DNA from: Elusimicrobiota bacterium
GTDB taxonomy: Bacteria; CG03; SLGR01
DNA length: 36,869 bases
Reading direction: 5' to 3'
Assembly (NCBI GenBank): GCA_012511615.1
Contig: JAAZFS010000176.1
Coordinates: 1-36,869 of the forward strand
Of the stretch, positions 9,690 through 17,536 are shown piece by piece; the first letter of the stretch is position 1, and every line of letters starts with the position of its first letter. The translations under genes and the position numbers were made by a program. The notes beneath the pieces are model-generated. The model saw only the letters and a list, made by a program, of their open reading frames with translations, did no database searches and was not told the origin of the DNA.

Positions 9690-9724
9690 GTCTGCATCTA
9701 GGAAAATTTGCCAGACTCCAATCT

Positions 9725-9756
9725 CTCAAAGAAAAAAATTAAATTCCTTCTTTGAG
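9725..9756. terminator. Weak AT-rich hairpin between convergent gatB and the 289-aa ORF
   Basis: CTCAAAGAA (9725-9733) pairs with TTCTTTGAG (9748-9756), giving a 9-bp stem and a 14-nt loop. It is A/T-rich on both flanks and is the only inverted repeat in the 90-nt convergent gap. Confidence 0.35.
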
Positions 9757-9779
9757 GAAATAGTCTTAAAAAATCTTAA

Positions 9780-10649
9780 TTAGATTCGGCGCTTAAGGGA
9801 TTTATGGAGAGAATCAGCCCCTTCTTCTGCAATAATATCCTCTAAAAACTCTATCTGCCTGTCTATGGCTTCAATATACATATTGTAGCCAATATCGCAG
9901 CGCTCAGAAAAATGAAGTTCGCAGAGTTTAAAGAGGCCCTGGAATTCTTCTTCAAGTCTTATCATTATCACTTCTCTGTAGTGCTCAATGTTTTGCTTGA
10001 GAATTAATTTTCTCTTTTCTTCATCGGCGTTCTGGGTAATGCCATCGTAATACCAGACAAGTTTTTCTAGGTAGTTTCTAGAGGACATTCTACCCAGTAT
10101 ATCGGCCGAGGCCAGCATCATTCCGATGGTCTTATTCTCAGGTTCTTTAAAATCGTCCTGACCAGGTAAAAAATCAATTCCGGAACAAGAGGAAAATTGT
10201 CTTAATCTGGAAAATTCTTCTTCGGTAAGTTTGTAGCGGTCTACGATTCCATCCACAACTTTTCTCATTCCCTCCTTAATGCTTATGTCAAGGTTTTTTT
10301 CTGGAACATCCAAGAATGAATAGAGACCGTGTACCGAAAGTAGGGACGCCATAAGTCCTAAGATTACGGATTCTTTATTGAGTTTCTTTTTTTCCTGGAT
10401 GTTATAGCCGTCAACAATTCTAATAAAGGCCAGAGCTATCTGGGCTGCCTGAGAGTAATCAAGGACTGAATCTCCTGGCTGTTTATGGTCCGAGATAAAC
10501 TTGTTTAGCCTCTTAAATAGGGACCGAACCGGGTGGAAAGATTCCACGGAATAGTGCCTTATAAATATGTTTTTAATCTCTTCGAATATGGCGTGTAGAT
10601 TTGTCATATCTACCAGTTGTGACATCTGAAGAAAATCTGCTTTTCTCAT
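9780..10649 (-). CDS. Hypothetical cytoplasmic protein, predicted all-helical; no confident family
   Basis: 289-aa ORF with a strong SD (AGGAGGA, complement of 10659-10665) 9 nt upstream of the ATG. It has no TM segment or signal peptide. It lies 87 nt downstream of glmS on the same strand. There is only a vague, degenerate HD-like spacing (LLSVHG ... LASADILGRM). Confidence 0.7.
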   Translation of the reverse strand: MRKADFLQMSQLVDMTNLHAIFEEIKNIFIRHYSVESFHPVRSLFKRLNKFISDHKQPGDSVLDYSQAAQIALAFIRIVDGYNIQEKKKLNKESVILGLMASLLSVHGLYSFLDVPEKNLDISIKEGMRKVVDGIVDRYKLTEEEFSRLRQFSSCSGIDFLPGQDDFKEPENKTIGMMLASADILGRMSSRNYLEKLVWYYDGITQNADEEKRKLILKQNIEHYREVIMIRLEEEFQGLFKLCELHFSERCDIGYNMYIEAIDRQIEFLEDIIAEEGADSLHKSLKRRI

Positions 10650-10736
10650 TTTTTTATATCCTCCTGTCCTCGTATAATGCTAACACGGAAGCTCTGGAAA
10701 AACAAGCCTTATTTTGAGAAAAATAATCAGTTAGAC

Positions 10737-12578
10737 TTATTCTACCGTGACTGCTTTGGTTAGGTTCCTAGGCTGGTCTATATCGCAGCCGAGCAAGCGG
10801 GCAATGTGATAAGAAAGAAGCTGAAGAGGTACTACATTTAAGAGTGGTGTAAAAAGTTCCAAAGTTGGGGGTATCCAAATGATGTCTTCAGTAAATTGAA
10901 GGACTCTCTCATCGCCTTGGGTTGCCAAAAGAATCACTCTTCCTTCTCTGGTTAGGACCTCTTCTATGGTAGAGGCGACTTTATCATAAACACATCCTTC
11001 GGTGCTGATGATTACTACCGGAAGTTCCGAGTCCACAAGAGCAATGGGGCCATGCTTGAGTTCTCCTGCAGGGGATCCTTCGGCATGAATGTAGGAAGTC
11101 TCTTTTAATTTGAGTGCCCCTTCCAGTGCAATGGGATAATTAATGTTTCTTCCTAAAAATAGAAAATTTTTCTGCTTAAAGTGTTTCTTAGAAATTTCCT
11201 CAATCCTGTCCTGCTGGCTATCAAGTATTTGTTTTATTTTTAGAGGGAGTCGGATGAGTTCTTCCGAAATTTTAATGGCTTCTTCTGGTTTTATTGAACC
11301 AGTAATATTTCCCAGTCGTAGCATAAGAAGGTAGAGAGCAGTAAGCTGGGAAGTAAATACCTTTGTAGAGGCGATACTTATTTCTGGCCCAGCGTGGGTG
11401 TAGATTATTTCATCTGCCTCGCGGGCAAGTGAAGAGTCAATTACATTACAGATTGCTCCAGTATAGGCTCCCAGGGCGGCGGCCTCTCTCAAGGCAGCCA
11501 GGGTGTCGGCAGTTTCTCCACTTTGAGAAATCGCTATTACAAAAGTTTCTTTATTTATGAGGGGTTTACGGTAGCGAAATTCGCTTGCGATATCGGCCTC
11601 ACAGGGTATTTTAATAAAATCTTCAATAAGAAATTTTCCAACCAGACAGGCATGGTAGGCAGTCCCACAACCGATGAGGACAATTCTTTTAATATTTTTA
11701 ATTTTTTCAGGGTCGGGTTTGAAGTTTTCAAAAACAACCTGGCCTTTCTCTACTTGAAGACGGCCCATCAATGTTTCTTGGACAGCCCGTTGTTGCTCAA
11801 AAATCTCCTTGAGCATAAAATGCTTATAGCCCTGTTTTTCTGCCAGGAGTGGACTCCAAGAAATTGTTTCAATTTTTCTTTCTATTTTACTACCAGATTC
11901 TTCATATATTTTAAGTTTATCTGGAGTTAGATGAGCAGTGTCGCCATCTTCCAGAAAAATAACTTTTTTTGTATAGGGCAGGATGGCGGGTAAATCAGAA
12001 ACTATAAAATTTCCCTCATCAGAAATCCCAATTATAAGGGGAGAGTTTTTTATTGCCGCCACAATCTCTCCTGGATGGTCTGCACTTATTAAAGCTATGG
12101 CATAACTTCCCACCAGTTTTTTCTTGGTTAGGGCCAGAGCCTCTCTTAAGTCAGAAGTTTTTTTCAGCATATCTTCCATCAGATGGGCAATTACTTCGGT
12201 ATCAGTTTCTGAAGTAAATTTATGTCCTTTTTCTATAAGGTCTTCTTTGAGGTCCCTGTAATTTTCAATAATTCCGTTGTGAACTACGGCAATTTTGCCA
12301 TCGCAGGAGGTATGAGGATGGGCATTTTCATTTGAAGGTCTTCCGTGAGTGGCCCATCTTGTGTGACCTATGGCAGTATTTCCTGGAGGGACCCCATCTT
12401 GAAGTAAATCCCTTAAGCGCCGGCTCTTGTCCGAGCATCTTTTTCTGACAATTTTTCCTGAAGGACCAAGTACAGCAATCCCTACTGAATCATAGCCTCG
12501 ATATTCTAATCGGCTGAGACCTTCAATAAGAATCTCTGCAGCTTCAGAAGATCCCGTATAAGCTACAATACCGCTCAT
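10737..12578 (-). CDS. glmS: Glutamine--fructose-6-phosphate aminotransferase (isomerizing); N-terminal Cys replaced by Ser
   Basis: 613-aa ORF with RLEYRGYDS, HTRWATHG, VVHNGIIENY, SETDTEV, SQSGETADTL and a C-terminal KAVTVE. The N-terminus reads MSGIVAY instead of the usual MCGIVGY. The ATG is 1 nt after the glmM stop. Confidence 0.93.
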   Translation of the reverse strand: MSGIVAYTGSSEAAEILIEGLSRLEYRGYDSVGIAVLGPSGKIVRKRCSDKSRRLRDLLQDGVPPGNTAIGHTRWATHGRPSNENAHPHTSCDGKIAVVHNGIIENYRDLKEDLIEKGHKFTSETDTEVIAHLMEDMLKKTSDLREALALTKKKLVGSYAIALISADHPGEIVAAIKNSPLIIGISDEGNFIVSDLPAILPYTKKVIFLEDGDTAHLTPDKLKIYEESGSKIERKIETISWSPLLAEKQGYKHFMLKEIFEQQRAVQETLMGRLQVEKGQVVFENFKPDPEKIKNIKRIVLIGCGTAYHACLVGKFLIEDFIKIPCEADIASEFRYRKPLINKETFVIAISQSGETADTLAALREAAALGAYTGAICNVIDSSLAREADEIIYTHAGPEISIASTKVFTSQLTALYLLMLRLGNITGSIKPEEAIKISEELIRLPLKIKQILDSQQDRIEEISKKHFKQKNFLFLGRNINYPIALEGALKLKETSYIHAEGSPAGELKHGPIALVDSELPVVIISTEGCVYDKVASTIEEVLTREGRVILLATQGDERVLQFTEDIIWIPPTLELFTPLLNVVPLQLLSYHIARLLGCDIDQPRNLTKAVTVE

Positions 12579-12579
12579 A

Positions 12580-13929
12580 TCAGGCTAAGAGGTCCTTGGC
12601 CACCTGGGCTATTTTTTCTGCAGAATCATTGGTGACATCATGGGTTGGACCCTCTACCATGACTCGGATCATTCTTTGTGTACCGGAATATCTTACAAGT
12701 ACCCGGCCTTTATCGCCCAAGTCCGATTCCACCTCAGCTATAACTTTTTGTAGGAGTGGAAGTTCCTCTATGGGAGTTTTTTCCTTTACAGTTATATTTA
12801 TCAGTTTCTGAGGGTATACTTTCATAACCTTTGAAAGCTCTGAGAGTTTTTTCCCAGTAGATTTCATTACCCAGAGAAGTTGAAGGGCGGTGATTATTCC
12901 GTCTCCAGTGGTATGGTGGTTGCGGAATATTATATGTCCAGAATCTTCTCCTCCGAAGATTGATCCGGATTCAATCATTTTCTCTAAAACAAAGCGGTCT
13001 CCCACAGGAGATTCCACTCTTTTAATTCCATTTTTCTCTAGGCATTCTCTAAGTCCAAGGTTGCTCATTACGGTAGTAACTACTGTATCGTTTAGAAGTT
13101 TTCCCTCACTTTTTAAGTGTAGGGCACATATGGCTATTATCTGGTCGCCCGTAACAAGATTACCATTTTCATCTACCGCTATAAGTCGGTCGCCATCGCC
13201 ATCAAAGGCGAGACCAATTTCTGCCCTGCTTTCTTCAACGGCAGCCGCTAGATTCTCTGGAAAGAGGGAACCAGCATTTTCGTTTATGTTGATACCGTTA
13301 GGGTGAATGTTTATAGGCTGGACATCTGCTCTCATTTCTCTTAGGAGCATGGGAGCCACCTTATAGGTTGAGCCATTGGCGCAGTCCAGTGCGATAGTTC
13401 TATCATCAAGTGAAATATTTCTTGGCAGGGTATGCCTAAGGAAAACTATATAGCGCCCGAGTGCATCGGTTTCACGATAAGCCTTTCCAATGTTTTGTGA
13501 TGGTGGTAAGAGTGAGGGAAGTTTTCCTGAATTTATAAGTTCTTCCATCTCTCTTTCTTCGTCATTGTTTAGTTTCATTCCGGAACTTTTAAAAATCTTA
13601 AATCCGTTGTCTTCATAAGGATTGTGTGAAGCGGAAATAACTACGCCGGCATCTGCATTCATGCTGGAGGTCAGAAAGGCAATTCCTGGTGTGGGCATAG
13701 GTCCGACGAGTATGACGTCGGCTCCCATTGAGCACATGCCAGAGGCCAGGGCACTTTCCAGCATATAGCCGGAGAGTCGTGTATCCTTGCCTATTATTAT
13801 TCTTGGTCTGTGGCCCTTACGAGATAGGAGGTAGGCCAGGGCTTGACCTATTTTCAGAGTGGTCTCTGAAGTCATCGGTTCAATATTAGCTACTCCCCTT
13901 ATTCCGTCAGTTCCAAAAAGTTTTATCAC
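12580..13929 (-). CDS. glmM: Phosphoglucosamine mutase
   Basis: 449-aa ORF with the phosphoserine loop SASHNPYEDNG and the metal loop FDGDGDRL. It has a 4-nt overlap with the upstream LbH gene. Confidence 0.95.
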   Translation of the reverse strand: MIKLFGTDGIRGVANIEPMTSETTLKIGQALAYLLSRKGHRPRIIIGKDTRLSGYMLESALASGMCSMGADVILVGPMPTPGIAFLTSSMNADAGVVISASHNPYEDNGFKIFKSSGMKLNNDEEREMEELINSGKLPSLLPPSQNIGKAYRETDALGRYIVFLRHTLPRNISLDDRTIALDCANGSTYKVAPMLLREMRADVQPINIHPNGININENAGSLFPENLAAAVEESRAEIGLAFDGDGDRLIAVDENGNLVTGDQIIAICALHLKSEGKLLNDTVVTTVMSNLGLRECLEKNGIKRVESPVGDRFVLEKMIESGSIFGGEDSGHIIFRNHHTTGDGIITALQLLWVMKSTGKKLSELSKVMKVYPQKLINITVKEKTPIEELPLLQKVIAEVESDLGDKGRVLVRYSGTQRMIRVMVEGPTHDVTNDSAEKIAQVAKDLLA

Positions 13930-14663
13930 AGATTAAGCTCCATTTCTTCAATATTCTGTCTAAGTTTAATGATAGTTCCAGCGGGGTAGTAGCCCCGTGC
14001 GGTTAGGTTGGGATAGACTGCCGCATTTTGGGCCAAAATTGTCCCCGGCATTGTAACTGAATTACAGCCCGTTTGGACTCCATCTCCCATAATTGCTCCG
14101 AATTTTCTTAAGCCGGTTTTATAAATTTTCCCTGCCACCTTTACTCTTACTTCTTCTCCAGTTAGTTTAAGGTTGGCTAGTTTAGTTCCAGCCCCAAGAT
14201 TAACTGCGCCCAGAATACTATCTCCAATATAGGCAAAATGACCGGCCTTGCTTTCCTCGAGAAGAGCCGAGTTTTTTATTTCGGTTGAGTGACCTGCTAC
14301 GGAATTTTTTCCTAGAATAACATTTCCTCTGATATAGGCCGAATGACGTACCACTGAATTTTTACCGATTATTGTTGGACCCTTTACATAGGCGGAAGGC
14401 TCTATTAAGGCACCTTCTCCTATCTCTATTTCATCTCCGTCAAGATAAGCTCCTGCCCGAATCATAGCACCGTTTTCTAGTAGGGTATCTTCTAAAACAA
14501 GAGAACCCTCCCGGCGTATTTGACTAAGGTTGGGAGAAATTAGTTTTTTTATGACCGGAGAAATCTGGGCTATAGCCTCCCAGACTAAATCAGTGGTCTT
14601 AAAAAGCTCGTTGTATATATATCCCGAGGGAGTAAAAAACTTGTCAGGTTTAAGCATGGTCAA
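13926..14663 (-). CDS. Standalone left-handed beta-helix (hexapeptide) acyltransferase; candidate glucosamine-1-phosphate N-acetyltransferase
   Basis: 245-aa ORF. It has hexapeptide repeats throughout and the segment AGHFAYIGDSILGAVNLGAGTKLANL, which resembles the GlmU-C / archaeal ST0452-type LbH domain. There is no N-terminal nucleotidyltransferase domain. It is the first gene of the glmM-glmS operon. The track start is a TTG at 14663, and an in-frame ATG at 14657 is equally plausible. Confidence 0.78.
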   Translation of the reverse strand: MTMLKPDKFFTPSGYIYNELFKTTDLVWEAIAQISPVIKKLISPNLSQIRREGSLVLEDTLLENGAMIRAGAYLDGDEIEIGEGALIEPSAYVKGPTIIGKNSVVRHSAYIRGNVILGKNSVAGHSTEIKNSALLEESKAGHFAYIGDSILGAVNLGAGTKLANLKLTGEEVRVKVAGKIYKTGLRKFGAIMGDGVQTGCNSVTMPGTILAQNAAVYPNLTARGYYPAGTIIKLRQNIEEMELNL

Positions 14664-14729
14664 AGATTAGCAGAGAGATATATAAAAATCAACCCATTTC
14701 TGGAAGAAAAAACATATATACTTATTGTC

Positions 14730-14758
14730 TTGACAAGATGATAGCTATGTAATAATCT
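14730..14758 (+). promoter_or_regulatory. Candidate sigma70-type promoter for the radical SAM gene
   Basis: TTGACA at 14730-14735 is followed by a 17-nt spacer and then TAATCT at 14753-14758 (TAATAAT also overlaps). It lies in the largest intergenic gap (154 nt), which is divergent. A TTGTC-TT-GACAA palindrome at 14725-14736 overlaps the -35 element. Confidence 0.35.
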
Positions 14759-14817
14759 TCAAGATGTAGTAAATATGCCGCCATAAAATGAGCTTACGGT
14801 CTTAAAAAAAACATTAA

Positions 14818-15828
14818 ATGGAAAATCTAAGCTATAAGAATATAAGGCTGAATCTTGAGGAGATAAACCAGAAAAAAACTTTTCTTAAATCTCTTCCTAG
14901 GTCGCTTAATGTGACCCTGACTAGCCGTTGCAATCTTGGCTGTAGGATGTGCCCGGTTTATAGGAAAAAATGGGAGCTCCCAGAAAAGACTTATGATGAC
15001 ATTATAAGTATTCTTCCCTATCTAAAATGCACAACTTGGCAGGGGGGAGAGGCATTTCTATATCCGCGCTTCGGCGACCTTTTGGAAGAAATTCATTCAA
15101 AATATCCCTATATAGAGCAAACCATGTACACAAACGCCCTCTTGATAGATGATGAATGGCTCCGCCGGCTTTCGGGCAGTCCGAAAATTTTCTTTATTTC
15201 CTTGGACGCTCCTGAAAAAAACCTATATGAAAAAATTCAACGGGGAGGCACTTTTAAGGAGTTTCAGGAAAGACTTGAGAAGATAGTTTCTTTTAGAGAC
15301 AGAAGTCCCCACAAGGTGGAAATATATATAAACGCTGTAATAATGCGGTCTAATTACCGGTTTGTAGAGGATTTTGTTTCTTTTGGAAAGAAATACTCAG
15401 TTGACAAGATTGAGTTTAGCCCTGTGATTGGTCCACCAACCCCTGAGAATATTTTTAATCCCATAGATGAGGAGGCCCTGAAATTTTTAAAGGGAGCCTT
15501 TAGCGAAATTATAGAGTCAGGTCGGGAGGCAGGGATAGAAATATTTAGTCGACTTCCTTTTGATGATGACCTGATATGTGATAAAAATCCCAATGAGAAT
15601 ACCACGGGAGAGTTATTCTGCACTCTACCCTGGACCTTCATGTTTATTCTTGCCGGCGGCAAAGTTATTCCCCATGGATCTTGCAAGAAAGTCGTGGGGA
15701 ATGTCACTCATCAGACTATTAGAGAAATATGGAATTCTCCTTCCATGATAGAGTACAGGGAGAAACTTATCGCCAATGATATCAGAGAGCTCTGCGGTGC
15801 CCGCCTTAACTGGATGGAGCTGATATAA
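14818..15828 (+). CDS. Radical SAM enzyme with a C-terminal twitch/SPASM-like Cys-containing extension
   Basis: 336-aa ORF with CNLGCRMC (CX3CX2C) at residues 38-45 and the GGE motif in WQGGEAF. The C-terminal segment CTLPWTFMFILAGGKVIPHGSC...GNV...IREIWNS resembles SPASM/twitch domains but has only about 4 Cys. There is no SD; an A8 tract precedes the ATG. Confidence 0.85.
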   Translation: MENLSYKNIRLNLEEINQKKTFLKSLPRSLNVTLTSRCNLGCRMCPVYRKKWELPEKTYDDIISILPYLKCTTWQGGEAFLYPRFGDLLEEIHSKYPYIEQTMYTNALLIDDEWLRRLSGSPKIFFISLDAPEKNLYEKIQRGGTFKEFQERLEKIVSFRDRSPHKVEIYINAVIMRSNYRFVEDFVSFGKKYSVDKIEFSPVIGPPTPENIFNPIDEEALKFLKGAFSEIIESGREAGIEIFSRLPFDDDLICDKNPNENTTGELFCTLPWTFMFILAGGKVIPHGSCKKVVGNVTHQTIREIWNSPSMIEYREKLIANDIRELCGARLNWMELI

Positions 15829-15832
15829 CTAC

Positions 15833-15860
15833 TTGCATATCCTGCCTGTTGTAATATAAT
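15833..15860 (+). promoter_or_regulatory. Candidate sigma70-type promoter for the panB string
   Basis: TTGCAT at 15833-15838 is followed by a 16-nt spacer and a perfect TATAAT at 15855-15860, 27 nt upstream of the panB ATG. Confidence 0.45.
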
Positions 15861-15887
15861 AAAGAGATTATAATTAACGATATAAGC

Positions 15888-16685
15888 ATGAAAAGAATAA
15901 CTGTAAAAACACTTCAAAATATGAAAGATTCAGGAGAGAAAATTGCGGCTCTCACCTGTTATTCCTATCAGCCGGCCAAAATAATGGACCAGGCTGGAAT
16001 AGACTTGATTTTAGTAGGAGATTCGCTCGGGATGGCTGAGCTTGGTTATGAAACTACTCTACCAGTAAGTCTGGAAGATATTATTCATCACACTAAGGCA
16101 GTTAAGAGGGCCCGTCCAAGAGCTTTTATCGTTTCAGATATGCCTTTTATGTCCTACAATGTGACGCCTGCAGCAACACTGGAGGCGGCCGGAAGAATGA
16201 TTAAAGAAGGCGGAGCCGATGCCGTTAAACTTGAAGGTGGAAAAATTTCCGCAGATTCTGCCAAACTCTTGGTAGATAATGGTATAGCCGTTATGGGTCA
16301 TATTGGCCTAACTCCTCAATCTGTAAATAAATTTGGTGGCTACAGAGTTCAGGGTAGATCTGAAGAAGCGGCAGCAGAGCTTGCAGCTGCAGCGAAGATA
16401 CTTGAGGCTTCTGGAGTTTTCTCCATAGTTCTTGAGGGGATACCCGCAAAGCTTGCAGAGGAAATCACTGGAAAACTTCTGATTCCAACTATTGGAATTG
16501 GTGCCGGCGCTGGATGCGACGGGCAGGTTCTTGTGGTTAATGACATGCTGGGAATGGATCCAGAATTCTCACCAAAATTCCTGCGTAGATATGAAAACCT
16601 GTATGAGAGAATGTTGGAGGCTTTCAAAGAGTTCTCCAAGGATGTAAAAAACTCTACTTATCCTTCGGCAGAAGAAGAGTACTGA
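15888..16685 (+). CDS. panB: 3-methyl-2-oxobutanoate hydroxymethyltransferase
   Basis: 265-aa ORF with LTCYSY, LVGDSLGM, DMPFMSY and IGIGAG motifs. Confidence 0.95.
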   Translation: MKRITVKTLQNMKDSGEKIAALTCYSYQPAKIMDQAGIDLILVGDSLGMAELGYETTLPVSLEDIIHHTKAVKRARPRAFIVSDMPFMSYNVTPAATLEAAGRMIKEGGADAVKLEGGKISADSAKLLVDNGIAVMGHIGLTPQSVNKFGGYRVQGRSEEAAAELAAAAKILEASGVFSIVLEGIPAKLAEEITGKLLIPTIGIGAGAGCDGQVLVVNDMLGMDPEFSPKFLRRYENLYERMLEAFKEFSKDVKNSTYPSAEEEY

Positions 16686-17536
16686 TGCAAGTCTTGAAGA
16701 CTGTCAAGGAGGCCCGCCTTTTTCGCGAGTCTCTCAAAGAAGCACCGGGTTTTGTCCCTACTATGGGAGCCCTGCATTTTGCTCATGCAAGCCTGATGCG
16801 TTATGCCAAGGAAACTTCGCCCTACATCGTATCTATTTTTGTAAACCCCACGCAGTTTGGCCCGGGAGGTGATTATTCATCCTACCCGAGAACTTTAGAA
16901 GAGGATTTAGAAATCTGTCGAAGAGAGGGTGCACTGGCAGTATTTGCACCTCCAGTTGAAGAAATTTATCCTGAAGGGTTTTCTACGCAGGTTGTTCCGT
17001 CTGCTCTTACTGACACCATGTGCGGTCTTTCCCGGCCTGGTCATTTTAGCGGAGTTACCACTGTTTTAACTAAACTTTTTAATATTCTTCGGCCTTCAAA
17101 AGTATTTTTTGGAGAGAAGGATTACCAGCAGTGCAGGGTGGTAATGAAAATGATAGAGGATTTAAATCTTGAACAGGAAATGGTTATTTGTCCCACAGTC
17201 CGAGAAAAGGACGGTCTGGCAGTCTCTTCAAGAAACAGCTATTTGTCACAAGAAGAGCGGAGTCAGGCACCTGCGCTTTACGCTGCTCTAAAAAAAGCGG
17301 CCTCAATGATAGAGGCGGGTGAAGAAGATGTTCAGAAATTAGTTTCTGAAATTAAAAAAATAATAAATTTGGATATGCCGCTTGGGAAAATGGACTATGT
17401 CGGTATATATTCGCCGGATACCCTTCTTCCTTTAACCGAAATAAATGGAGAAGTGCTTCTGGCTGCGGCGGTCCATCTGGGCCAAGCTCGGCTGATTGAT
17501 AATATTGTAATAAGGAAAGAGCAAATAAAATTATGA
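16685..17536 (+). CDS. panC: Pantoate--beta-alanine ligase
   Basis: 283-aa ORF with PTMGALHFAH (the HxGH-type motif with Ala), FVNPTQF, FGEKDYQQ and SSRN. It overlaps panB by 1 nt. Confidence 0.93.
   Translation: MQVLKTVKEARLFRESLKEAPGFVPTMGALHFAHASLMRYAKETSPYIVSIFVNPTQFGPGGDYSSYPRTLEEDLEICRREGALAVFAPPVEEIYPEGFSTQVVPSALTDTMCGLSRPGHFSGVTTVLTKLFNILRPSKVFFGEKDYQQCRVVMKMIEDLNLEQEMVICPTVREKDGLAVSSRNSYLSQEERSQAPALYAALKKAASMIEAGEEDVQKLVSEIKKIINLDMPLGKMDYVGIYSPDTLLPLTEINGEVLLAAAVHLGQARLIDNIVIRKEQIKL

Noticed and set aside
12576-12582. A possible glmS ribozyme/riboswitch leader.
   Set aside because: The glmS ATG is separated from the glmM stop by a single nucleotide (TGAtATG). There is no room for the roughly 170-nt ribozyme.
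14655-14663. Start-codon ambiguity of the LbH gene (TTG at 14663 versus ATG at 14657).
   Set aside because: I kept it as an annotation note only. Neither candidate has a convincing SD, and the 2-codon difference does not change the interpretation.
16775-16786. The PanC nucleotide-binding motif reads HFAH instead of the usual HxGH.
   Set aside because: Both His residues are retained, Gly to Ala is conservative, and the rest of PanC is intact. It is not evidence of altered function.
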